Shown here one piece after another: positions 1 through 10,393 of a stretch of DNA of 64,000 nucleotides. Position numbers and translations under genes: made by a program. This stretch comes from an uncultured delta proteobacterium (GTDB taxonomy: Bacteria > Desulfobacterota > Binatia > UBA9968), in assembly GCA_963755715.1 (NCBI GenBank), contig CAVWLW010000033.1:1-64000 (forward strand). The letters are read 5' to 3'. How positions within the stretch are numbered: position 1 is the first letter of the stretch; every line of letters starts with the position of its first letter. Below the pieces are notes generated by a model. That model did not search any database, was not told where the DNA came from, and worked only from the letters and a program-made list of their open reading frames with translations.

Positions 1-70
1 GTCCCAACGGGAATCGAACCCGTGTTCCCGACGTGAGAGGCCGGTGTCCTAACCGCTAGACGATGGGACC
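1..70 (-). tRNA. tRNA-Glu(CTC), 3' end cut by the window edge
   Basis: Reverse complement GGTCCCATCGTCTAGCGGTTAGGACACCGGC-CTCTCAC-GTCGGGAACACGGGTTCGATTCCCGTTGGGAC forms a cloverleaf with anticodon loop CTCTCAC and a GGTTCGATTCC T-arm. Confidence 0.95.
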
Positions 71-71
71 T

Positions 72-147
72 TGGCTGAGGAGGAAGGACTCGAACCTTCA
101 ATCGCCTGATCCAGAGTCAGGTGGCTTACCAATTAGCCGACTCCTCA
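72..147 (-). tRNA. tRNA-Gln(CTG)
   Basis: Reverse complement TGAGGAG...CCTGA-CTCTGGA-TCAGG...GGTTCGAGTCC...CTCCTCAGCCA; anticodon CTG; CCA encoded; directly downstream of gltX. Confidence 0.95.
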
Positions 148-174
148 AAGTCGCGAGTGATAAAACTAGAAGAA

Positions 175-1605
175 TTAGTTAGGCGAGTCAAGTTGCGGGA
201 TATATTCTAATGCCTTTCGCAGCCGGTCAATCGTGCGCTCTTTGCCGAGGACCGCGATGACATCGTGAATCCCGGGACTCACGGCGGCGCCGGTCAAGGC
301 GACCCGCACAGGTTGAGCGAGTTTGCCCATCTGTATGCCGTATTCGTTAAGCGTATTCGTGAAAGCTTGCTCGATCGCCGCCTCAGTGAATTCGCTTAGC
401 ATCGCGAGTTTCTCGATCAAGCTCTGAATCGGCGCGGCGGCGTCTCTGGTTAAAAACTTTTTTGCCGCCTTTTCCTCAAGAACGATTTCGTCGGACAAAT
501 AATAATGCGCCGCATCGACCAATTCGGTTAGCGTTTTCGCGCGTTCTTGCAGCGTCGCGAGCATTTTTTCCAGCCATTTCTTGTCCTGCGGCACGGGATA
601 ACCTTTGGCCTGAATATAAGGCACGATCTCATCGGCCAATTGCGCGAGCGGCCGAGATTTTAAATAATGAAAGTTGACCCACAAGAACTTTTCCGGATTG
701 AAAACTCCGGCGGATTTGCCGACGTTTTCAAGGGTAAACTTCTCGATCAATTCTTCGCGCGAGAAGATCTCCTGGTCGCCATAGGACCAGGCTAGACGAA
801 CCAAGTAGTTCACCACCGCCTCGGGAAAATATCCCATGTCACGGTAAGCGGTGACCGAAGTCGCGCCATGGCGCTTGCTCAGCCTTGCTTTATCGGTGCC
901 GAGGATTAGCGGCACGTGGGCAAATTGCGGCAATTCATGGCCGAGCGCTTGGTAAAGCTGGATCTGGCGCGGCGTATTGCTTAAATGGTCGTCACCGCGA
1001 ATGATGTGGGTAATCTCCATGTCGATATCGTCGACGACCACGCAAAAATTATACGTCGGCGTGCCGTCCGAGCGGGCGATGATGAGATCGTCCAATTCGC
1101 GATTGTCGAAAACGACATCGCCCTTGATCAAGTCGCGGACTACGGTCGAGCCCTCGGCCGGTGAGCGGAACCGAACGACATAGGATTTGTCAGTCGGCAG
1201 CGACGGGATCACGCCTTCGGGCGGACGACACGTGCCGTCATAGGCGGGTTTGCGTTTCTCTTTCTGTGCCAACTGTCGTTTGGCATCCAACTCCGCTGGT
1301 GTACAGGTACACGGATAGGCTTTACCGTTCGCTAATAGCTCTTTGATCTTGTCTTTATAGAGTGAATAGCGCTCGGTTTGATAAAACGGTCCTTCGTCAT
1401 AGTCGAGCTCCAGCCATTTCATTGCGTCTAGGATGGCTTGGATTGCCTCCGGCGTCGATCTCTCGCGATCGGTGTCTTCGATGCGCAATATGAACTTGCC
1501 GCCGTAATGGCGAGCGAAGAGGTAATTAAAAAGCGCCGTGCGAGCGCCGCCGATGTGCAGATAGCCGGTCGGGCTTGGCGCGAAACGAGTGCGGACTTGA
1601 GCCAT
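175..1605 (-). CDS. gltX: Glutamate--tRNA ligase
   Basis: RFAPSPTGYLHIGG (HIGH motif), LRIEDTD, IRGDDH, LSKRHG (KMSKS-like); followed by tRNA-Gln and tRNA-Glu. Confidence 0.97.
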   Translation of the reverse strand: MAQVRTRFAPSPTGYLHIGGARTALFNYLFARHYGGKFILRIEDTDRERSTPEAIQAILDAMKWLELDYDEGPFYQTERYSLYKDKIKELLANGKAYPCTCTPAELDAKRQLAQKEKRKPAYDGTCRPPEGVIPSLPTDKSYVVRFRSPAEGSTVVRDLIKGDVVFDNRELDDLIIARSDGTPTYNFCVVVDDIDMEITHIIRGDDHLSNTPRQIQLYQALGHELPQFAHVPLILGTDKARLSKRHGATSVTAYRDMGYFPEAVVNYLVRLAWSYGDQEIFSREELIEKFTLENVGKSAGVFNPEKFLWVNFHYLKSRPLAQLADEIVPYIQAKGYPVPQDKKWLEKMLATLQERAKTLTELVDAAHYYLSDEIVLEEKAAKKFLTRDAAAPIQSLIEKLAMLSEFTEAAIEQAFTNTLNEYGIQMGKLAQPVRVALTGAAVSPGIHDVIAVLGKERTIDRLRKALEYIPQLDSPN

Positions 1606-1703
1606 GCCGTAAGCTAACAGGCAGGTAAAAAGCCGTCAACGGCGCGTTAAAATTCTGTTTTGATTATGATATTATCCAGTTATTCACAGAGGAGAATGGG
1701 CCG

Positions 1704-3438
1704 TTGGAAACAAAAACAAATGAAGGGGGCGGAGGAGCGACGATGGGTGCGGCTGATACCGCGCCGTCTCATTTTATTCGAAATATCGTTGCGGAAGATC
1801 TCAAGCACGGCAAAAATCAAGGAAGGGTACACACTCGATTTCCGCCGGAACCGAACGGCTATCTTCATATTGGCCATGCCAAATCGATTTGTCTCAACTT
1901 TGGATTGGCCGCCGAGTTCGGCGGACTGTGCAATCTTCGTTTTGACGATACCAACCCGAGCAAGGAAGACGTCGAATACGTCGATTCGATCAAAGAAGAC
2001 GTTCGCTGGCTCGGTTTCGATTGGGACGACCGGGAATTTTACGCATCAGACTACTTCGAGCCGCTCTATCAGTTCGCGATTCAACTGATCAAAGCCGGTA
2101 GGGCTTTTGTTTGCGATTTGAACGCGGATCAAATGCGCGAATATCGAGGAACGCTAACAGAGCCCGGCAAGAACAGCCCCTATCGCGATCGCTCAGTGGA
2201 AGAAAACCTCGATCTGCTTCAGCGCATGCGCGCGGGCGAATTTGCCGACGGCAGCCGGACGCTACGCGCGAAAATCGATATGGCGTCTCCGAACATCAAT
2301 ATGCGTGACCCGGTCATGTACCGGGTTTTGCGTGCGACGCATCACCGCACCGGTGATACATGGTGCATTTACCCAACGTACGATTTTGCCCATGGTCAGT
2401 CGGATTCGATAGAGGGGATTACTCATTCGATCTGCACGTTGGAGTTCGAAGATCACCGTCCGCTCTACGACTGGTTTCTCGATCAGCTCGGCATTCACCA
2501 TCCACAACAGATCGAATTCGCGCGCTTGAATCTCACCCATACGGTCTTGAGCAAGCGCAAACTGCTTCAACTGGTTCAGCAGGGACATGTCACGGGTTGG
2601 GATGATCCGCGGATGCCAACGTTAGCTGGTTTCCGTCGCCGCGGCTACACCCCCGAAGCGATTCGCAATTTCTGCGAGCGCATCGGCGTGGCCAAAAGAA
2701 ATAGTGTCGTGGATATTGCCATGCTCGAGCACTCTCTGCGAGAAGATCTCAACAAGCGCGCGCCGAGAGTCATGGCGGTGTTACGGCCAATCAAAGTCGT
2801 GCTGGAAAATTATCCCGAGGGGCAGGTCGAGGAGTTAGAGGCGGTCAACAATCCCGAAGATCCGAGCAAGGGAACACGTAAAGTTCCCTTCTCGCGTGAG
2901 CTTTATATCGAACAGGACGATTTCCGTGAAGAGCCGCCAAAAGGTTTTTTCCGCTTGTCTCCCGGCAAGGAAGTGCGCCTGCGCTACGCCTACATCATCA
3001 AATGTATTGGCGTGGTGAAGGACCCGAAAACTGGCGAGATGACGGAATTGCGCTGCACTTATGACGCAGAGACAAAAAGTGGCTCATCGCAGAGCAAACG
3101 CAAAGTTAAAGCAACGATTCATTGGGTCTCTGCCGCGCACGCTCTACCGGCTGAGGTAAGACTCTACGATCATTTATTCACGAAGGAAGATCCCGACGAC
3201 GTGCGCCGAAGGCTCGGATTGGCTCACGAACATCAATTCGAAATCATTAGAACGCTTGGCATTCTGTCGGGTCGAGCCCTATCTCGCGAACGCGAAGCCC
3301 GGCGAACGATTTCAGTTTGAGCGGCTCGGCTATTTTTGCGTCGACAGCGAAGATTCGTCGCCCAACAAGCTAGTATTCAACAGGTCCGTTACTTTGCGGG
3401 ACACGTGGGCAAAGGTAGAAAGATCAATAAAAAAGTAG
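1704..3438 (+). CDS. glnS: Glutamine--tRNA ligase (frameshift near 3205, probably an assembly error)
   Basis: [34 protein letters not shown]; the C-terminus [11 protein letters not shown]...[11 protein letters not shown] continues in ORF 3256..3438. Confidence 0.93.
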
Positions 3439-3457
3439 CTCTGCCGAAGGATGCAAC

Positions 3458-4752
3458 CTAAAACCGATAGGCAGCATGAAAGCCTAATAGGTTTTGAAAT
3501 ACGTTGAACTTGTCTTTGCCGGTGACGCCTGGAAACGAAAGCGCGTTCGGATCGCCGCCAGTTTCTAACACGTTATTGTTTACGCGACGCGTTTTGTAAA
3601 ACACAGCCATATAGCCGAGGTCTAGTTTGAGCTGCCGCCAATTATATCCAAGGCCAGCAGTAAGAGTTAGTAATCAGCGCCCGGGATTGCGGGCCCCAAG
3701 GTGCTGGAGGGGATCGGTGTCTGATCCAATCCAAGCCCAGCCCTCACTTCAATGTTCTCATGCACTTTATAAGCACTGCCAAACCTGAGAGAACTCGAGT
3801 TCTTCCAATTTTGTGGAATAAAAAAACCCGATATAGGAACTGCGCCTCCCAGGCCTGGCAACGGGCTCGAAAATGATGCTCTGAGATGCTCGAACTTACT
3901 CCATTGAGCGTAGTCGTATTGCAGTTCCACACCCCATTTCGGATCGATCTGCCAATGCACTCCGACGTTGATTAGGGGTGGCGTTGGTAGATGTATACCG
4001 GATGCCTTCGAATTCGCGGCCAAACCTCCCGCGCCCGGCGCGTCTACGAATTTTACGTCCGCTGACTGAAAGTTGATATCGACATGGCTCGTATAGGTCA
4101 GTCCGAATCGAAGACTATCGTTAGGTTTCACGAGAATCCCGACCTTGTAACCATATGCGTTGTCGGTATCGGTGACGCGTAGTTTTCCATCGCCAAAAGG
4201 ACCAAAGAAAATAGCTCTGGAAAAAGTGCCTGATGCATGCACGAAGCTGACACCACCCCCGATTGAAAAATATGGCACCGGTTCCCAGGCCACGCTGGGA
4301 GTAATGAAAATAGTACGTAATTCCGATCTTACGGCCGCGTAGCGGGTGAAAGCGTCAGGTTTATAGCTCGTCGCCAACCCGAAAGGAGTATAGCTACCGA
4401 TACCGAGAGAAAGTTGAGTATTTGGTATGTGATAATTGGCAAATAGATTCGGTAGAAAATCATCGTCGTGTATGTTTTTCGAAGTTGCACCGGAGTTCTT
4501 AACGCTGCTAATCGTGTTTACATACGTGAGACCCCCGAGGATCTGATTTCCGTCCACCTGCGTTAATGCAGCGGGGTTTACATACACGGCTGAAGGATCA
4601 TCGACGCCAGCTACTGCGGCTCCCCCCATGGATTCCGCTTTTGCTGTTTGGGGCGGAATGGCATAGCCACCAGCGAAAAGATCATTATTAATTAGTGGGA
4701 GTGAAAGCAAAAGATAAAAAAAAGTCGCGAATTTCGCGATTTTTCTATTCAT
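3458..4752 (-). CDS. OmpP1/FadL-family outer-membrane transporter for hydrophobic compounds (frameshift near 3667)
   Basis: Signal peptide, MGGAAVAGVDDPSAVYVNPAALT, TPFGL, PQNWKN motifs; after a frame change it continues LTLTAGLGYNW...GFHAAYRF-stop (TAG at 3458-3460) with the terminal Phe typical of beta-barrels. Confidence 0.85.
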
Positions 4753-4782
4753 TTACCGCTCCATTATCAACTTGACTGCTTA

Positions 4783-4827
4783 TGGCAAAGCTTATATATC
4801 ATTGCCAATTGCTGCCAAATTTTGCCA
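4783..4827. promoter_or_regulatory. Phased (T/C)TGCCA repeats in the fadL-like/HTH divergent region
   Basis: TTGCCA at 4802, CTGCCA at 4812, TTGCCA at 4822 (exact 10-bp period) plus an inverted TGGCAA at 4783; TTGACT at 4772 may be a -35 element. Confidence 0.5.
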
Positions 4828-4841
4828 TAGCCGAGGAATCA

Positions 4842-5033
4842 ATGCAAGAAATTTTATTAACCGCAGAACAGGTGGCGCGCTATCTTAGAATCGATAAATT
4901 TACGGTTTATCGTCTGGTTACGCAGAAAAAGATTCCCGCGTTCAAGGTTGGTAGCCAGTGGAGGTTCAAAAAGGAGCTATTGGACGAATGGTTAAAGAAA
5001 AATTCTAACTTGGCCTCAGAAGTAGAGCCATGA
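4842..5033 (+). CDS. Small excisionase/MerR-like (HTH_17, BldC-like) DNA-binding protein
   Basis: LLTAEQVARYLRIDKFTVYRLVTQKKIPAFKVGSQWRF is the classic pattern; GAGGA RBS before ATG 4842. Confidence 0.85.
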   Translation: MQEILLTAEQVARYLRIDKFTVYRLVTQKKIPAFKVGSQWRFKKELLDEWLKKNSNLASEVEP

Positions 5034-5069
5034 TGGTTATTGGCACCACGGACCAGAGTTGAGTAGAAT

Positions 5070-6335
5070 ATGCAAAACAGAGAATTCGATAAAGGCCCGC
5101 GTCGCGTTGTCGTAACAGGACTCGGAGTCGTTTCGGCGATCGGCATCGGCAAGGAGTTATTTTGGGATTCTCTGAGGCTTGGCCGGTCTGGAATACGGGA
5201 AATTACATCCTTTGATACTTCTTCTTATGACTGCCAGATTGCCGGAGAAATTACCGAGTTTAATCCCGATGATTTTATGCCGGCGCAAACTGCGCGCCGG
5301 ATCGATCGTTTTGCGCAATTGGGACTTGCCGCCGCAAGACTAGCGGTGAGCGATGCAGGATTGGATATTGCCCGGGAAAAACCAGGGGTGGTTGGAATCA
5401 TTCTCGGCACGTCTATCGGTACCCTTTGCTACGCGGAGCAACAGATCGCGCTTTTCTATGAAAAGGGCGTGAAGCGGATCAATCCTTTCTTTGCCACCTC
5501 GGTGATTCCAAGCAGTGCGGTTACGCAGATAATGCTGGATCTCGGCATTCACGGCCCCTGCCGCACACTCACGACTGCTTGTGCGTCCGGCACCGGTTCG
5601 GTCGGCGAAGGATTTCGTCGAGTTAAAGACGGAGAATTGGATATAATACTGGCGGGGGGAGCCGAAGCGCCGATTACCCCTTTGGTGCTGTCGACTCTAT
5701 CTGCGATCCAGCTCTTATCGAAAGCCAATGACACGCCGCAACGGTCCTATCGCGCATTTAGCAGGGACGCTGCGGGTTTCGTGTTAGGTGAAGGCTCCGG
5801 TATCTTGATTCTCGAAGAACTGGAGCACGCATTGCAACGAGATGCGAAAATTTATGCCGAGGTCATCGGCTACGGCGCTTCATCGGACGCTTATCACGTC
5901 ATGATCTTCGACCCGCAGTTTGATCAACCCGTGGCGGCTATTCGAAACGCCTTGGAAGAAGCCCACATCACACCTGCGGACCTGGACTATGTCAATGCGC
6001 ACGGCATCGCGATTCCCGCCAATGACCGCTCCGAAGTCGAGATTTTCAAGCTGGCGCTGGGCGAGGCGATGTCGAAGATTCCGGTGAGTGCGACCAAGCC
6101 TCTGACAGGTCATGTCCTTGGTGGCGGCGGAGCGTTGGAGTTGATCGGTTGTTGCTTGATGTTGGAGCATCAATTCTTGCACCCCACGATCAATCTATCC
6201 GAGACTGATCCATCTTATGGGCTTGATTTCATTCCCGAGGTTGGACGACATGAAGAGGTCGACTCGATGCTCTCCGTCTCGTTTGGATTCGGTGGTTACA
6301 ATGCCGCTTGTGTGATTCGACGATACGAAACCTAA
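5070..6335 (+). CDS. Beta-ketoacyl-ACP synthase II (FabF)-family protein
   Basis: RRVVVTGLG, TACASG (catalytic Cys), GFVLGEG, YVNAHG, TKPLTGH, SFGFGGYNA. Confidence 0.9.
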   Translation: MQNREFDKGPRRVVVTGLGVVSAIGIGKELFWDSLRLGRSGIREITSFDTSSYDCQIAGEITEFNPDDFMPAQTARRIDRFAQLGLAAARLAVSDAGLDIAREKPGVVGIILGTSIGTLCYAEQQIALFYEKGVKRINPFFATSVIPSSAVTQIMLDLGIHGPCRTLTTACASGTGSVGEGFRRVKDGELDIILAGGAEAPITPLVLSTLSAIQLLSKANDTPQRSYRAFSRDAAGFVLGEGSGILILEELEHALQRDAKIYAEVIGYGASSDAYHVMIFDPQFDQPVAAIRNALEEAHITPADLDYVNAHGIAIPANDRSEVEIFKLALGEAMSKIPVSATKPLTGHVLGGGGALELIGCCLMLEHQFLHPTINLSETDPSYGLDFIPEVGRHEEVDSMLSVSFGFGGYNAACVIRRYET

Positions 6336-6353
6336 CTTTTTTAAGGCGCCAAT

Positions 6354-8520
6354 GTGACCGTCTACTCCATTCCAACACTGGCCACCGCACTCCTGTCATT
6401 TGGCTTGGGCGTTTTCATTCTTGGTAGGAACAGCAAGTCCAAATTAAATTGGACGTTCGCGTCCTGGTGTTTTCTCACCTGTTACTGGCAGAGCTGTTGG
6501 ACCGTTCTCTTTAACCTGAAGGACCCGCAGTACGCGGAATTGCTCGCACGGCTCGGCTACTCCGGCATCATTTTCATTCCGATCGTCTTTTTTCATTTTG
6601 TCGTTGAATTTATCAAAGGCACCCAGCAGCGTTTTCTGTCATATCTTTTTTATAGCCTCGGCGGTCTGTTTTTGCTTTCGACGTGGCTGACGGATTTTTT
6701 TGTCGCGGGGATTTATCAATATCTCCTGGGGATATTATCCGCGTGGCGGCGCGCTGCACCTTTTCTATCTGCTTTTCTTAGTTGTAATATTAACTTCCGG
6801 GTTGCAACTGCTATGGCGGTTCAAGAGTCAGTCCACGGCCCAACCGACTCGATTGAATCAAACGAAATATGTCATGGCTTCCACGCTGATTTATTCCGTG
6901 GCGGGCATTGATTTTCTGGCGAACTACGGACTCCCGTATTATCCGCTGGGTCTCGTTTTTACCAACGTTCACGCGTGCATTATCGCCTATGCCATTATCC
7001 AGTACCGGCTGCTCGACGTGAGCGTCGTCATCAAACGAAGTCTGATCTACGCGCTCGTTTTAATCGCGCTGCTCGTCCCCTGTTATATCATTGTAATCGG
7101 TGGCCAGCTCTACTCTTTCGGGAGCATCAGCTATTGGTTTTCATCAGTGACCCTCGTGCTGCTGCTCGGCGTGGGGTTCCTGTTTCCAAAATTTAGATTC
7201 AAAACCGAGGATGCGCTCGAACGCGTGCTGTTTCGAAGGCGAATCGATTACCGAGATACGCTTTTGCGCTCGAGTCGCGATATGGTTTCGATCGTCGATG
7301 TCCAAGCATTATCGGATAAGCTCGTTCACACGATCGGAGATGCGCTGGGCATCGAGAAAGTATCGCTTTTGCTCAATAACGATTCGACGCGCGCCTATGA
7401 GCTCGAAGCATGCGTCGGATTGGATTTTGATCAGCCCCGCGCCGTGTTCCTTTCAAGCGAAAGCCCTTTGATCCAAGTGATTCAACGGCGTCGAGAGCCC
7501 ATCGTCAAGGAAGAGCTGGAATGGATTCCGCTCGGCCCCGGAACGCCCCAGACTGTAGAAACCATGGCGAAGCTCGGCGCAGAAATAAGTTTGCCTATCA
7601 TATCGAAAGAGAAGTTGATCGGCATTCTCAATCTCGGCCACAAAGAGGACAAAACAATTTACTCCAACGAGGATCTCGAACTTCTTTCCACTCTCACCAA
7701 TCAAGCCGCGATCGCAATCGAGAACGCGCGCCTATACGAAAATTTAAAACAGTCTCAAGACACGCTGCGCCGTGCCGATCGGCTCTCGTCATTGGGCTTA
7801 CTGACGGCCGGTTTAGCGCATGAGATAAGAAATCCGCTCGTCGCGATCCGAACTTTCACTCAGCTATTGCCGGAACGATACGACGACGCGGAGTTCCGTG
7901 AGGGGTTCCAGGGTCTCGCCCTTAAGGAAGTTGATCGGATTTGTGGGCTAATAAACGATCTTTTGAGCTTCGCACGCCCTTCTAAGCCGAACGTGTCACC
8001 CGAGAATCTCAATGACGTGGTCGACAACATCGCGCGCATTCTGGAGACTCAAGCCAAGGAAAAAGGTGTAGCTATCGCACGCGAGTTTGGCGATGATCTG
8101 CCCAAGGTTTGGATTGACAGGGAACAGATGAAGCAGGTATTTATGAACCTAATTTTAAACGCTATCCAGGCCATGCAGGAAGGTGGATCAATAAGCATTT
8201 CGACTCGTGCCGTCTCACGAAATAGCGCCGAACCCTCTGGTGAGTTCGTGCAAGTCGAGGTTCGGGATACTGGCATCGGTATTCCCGAAGAAAACGTGCA
8301 ACATATTTTTGATCCTTTTTTTACCAGCAAGGATGAGGGGAGCGGTTTGGGGTTGGCGGTGTCTCACCAAATCGTGCAAGAGCACGGCGGCTTCGTCACC
8401 GTTGAAAGCACGGTTGGCAAGGGGACCGCGTTCTTCGTTCACGTTCCGGTGGGCAAGCCAGTGCGTCCGGCCGCAGCCAATGGTCGGGCTCAGGTGAATG
8501 AAGCGAATCTTAATCATTGA
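6354..8520 (+). CDS. Sensor histidine kinase: N-terminal 7TM-type membrane domain, GAF, HisKA, HATPase (frameshift near 6723)
   Basis: ORFs 6354..6911 and 6700..8520 join as GIYQY(S)WGYYP; many TM helices; GAF (LPIISKEKLIGIL...AIENARLY); LAHEIRNPL, NLILNA, DTGIG, DPFFTSK, GSGLGL. Confidence 0.88.
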
Positions 8521-10392
8521 CGAGTCGGAAATCGTCCGCGAGACGTTAGCGTTGATTCTCGGACGTGAATTTGCCGTATCGAAGCGAACGCTCGGCGCCC
8601 AAGGGCTTTCTTTTGCCGACGGCCAGGACGCCGTCGACTTGTTGATTCTCGGCGTATCGCCGCAGCATGGCTTGGAGGCCGCAAGCCTCACGCGCTTCGC
8701 TTCTCAATTGCCATTTGCGGTGCTCTTTCTGGTTGATTCGAAAGCCACGGCACGAGGGATTCCTCAGGAGCCTCAGGTCGACTGTCTTGCTAAACCGTTC
8801 AATCCCTACGAGCTGCACGAGAAGGTCGGGCAACTGCTGGCGCGCCGGTCGACTGCCGTCGGTCCGCGACCGCAGTCGCACGATTCTCGGGGTGTTTCGC
8901 GCTATTTGGAATTTCCTTACCTGAGTCGCAGTGCGGCGACTTTGGTAAAACGGTTTGCTTCAGCTCGCCTGCCCCTGTTAGTCAGTGGTGAAATCGGCTG
9001 CGGACAGGATCGAATTGTCGAGGGGATTTGTCAGCTCCAGAAAAATCCCGGCGTAAAACTCGCGATCAACGCGGCGGAGGCAAATAGTGAATACCTTGAG
9101 CAAAAAAAGTTTCATTTCTCGTTTCACGAGCGATTGAGAGCGGCGCCGACGACTGTGATCGTTCAGGATCTTGACAAAAGCTCACCTGCCGCGCAGTCGC
9201 TGCTCCTGGTTTTTCTCCAAGAGGCGGAAGAAAAGCTGGATGAAATTCGCTGTCTGGCTACGGCCACCGGCGATTTATTGGAGAAGGTTTACCGCGGCGA
9301 GTTTCTCGAGGCGCTTTATTATAAGCTGGCAACGCTCACGCTAAAGCTCCAGCCGGTTCGAGAGCGCAGGGATGATATTCCGGTCCTGGCCGACTGGTTT
9401 GCCCGTAGTTATGCCGACGTGCTGCGGATCAGCGAGCCGACCTTTTCTGCGGAAGCGAGCAGCCGGTTGTGCAATTATCTCTGGTTCGGAAATCTCATGG
9501 AGTTGGAAACCGTGATTGCTCGAACCTTGGCCTTACGCCGCAAGTCGAGCATTGAGGCGGTCGATCTGGTCTTTGACTTTGGCGATGAGGCCGCGCACAT
9601 GGCCGATTTGGCGGATCTCACTGAGTTCACGCCTGGTGATGCGACCGCCGATCTCAAGCCGGCGCAACCGAGCCTTCAGCCGTACGGCGTAGTGGGTGAC
9701 ACGAATGGATCGACCAACGGTCAGCGTCAATCCAGTTGATTTGAATGTGGTTATCCATGAACTCGCCCACGAGTTTAAGAATCCGATGGTCACGATCAAG
9801 ACGTTTGCCCAATTGCTCGGCGACCGCTATCAAGATGAAAACTTTCGCACGCCGTTTTCAAGAAGTCGTCGGCAGCGACATCGAGCGCATGGACGAGCTG
9901 TTGGAAGTCATGATCGAGTTCGCCGACTTTGCCCAGCCGCGCAAAAGCACCGTGGCGCTGGAAGAAAAGCTGCGAAACGCGTTGAGTGAAATTCAGCCGG
10001 ACTGCACCAAACGTCAAACGCGCATCGAATGGAAGCAGAACGGCGCCGCGCAGCTTGTGCGCGCGGATGAAGCCCAGTTGGAATATATCCTGAAAAACGT
10101 TTTGCTGGCGGCCCTGTCACAAGCGCGGATGGGGAGTGAGATCGAAATCGATTTGTCGTCCGGCGGCGCCCTAGTCATCAGCTATCTCCGTGAAGGAGGG
10201 CGGGTCGCGTCGATCGCTCATTATTTGGACGAAAAATCGCGTCCCCAAGAAAGCCTTTTGCCGCTGCGCGTCATACTCGCGAAACACTTATTGGAAACAA
10301 ATGGCGGTCGCTTTGCCGCGGCACCCTTAGACAGCGATAGAGAAACATTGAGAATGGAGTTTCCGGTTGTAGAGGAGGGACAGCAACGCTGA
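8498..10392 (+). CDS. Degenerate REC / sigma54-AAA+ / HisKA / HATPase-like fusion (frameshifts near 9725 and 9850)
   Basis: ILIIDES...AKPF receiver; GEIGCGQD, LYYKL, RERRDDI, WFGNLMELE AAA+ remnants; LAHEFKNPM in ORF 9696..9989; C-terminus in ORF 9745..10392. Confidence 0.7.
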
Positions 10393-10393
10393 C

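Noticed and set aside
3190-3260. Programmed frameshift or pseudogene in glnS
   Set aside because: No slippery heptamer is visible, and similar 1-bp breaks occur in many unrelated genes, so an assembly error is more likely.
4842-5033. Prophage or ICE excisionase near the tRNA genes
   Set aside because: No integrase, att duplication or phage genes in the window; the context is regulatory.
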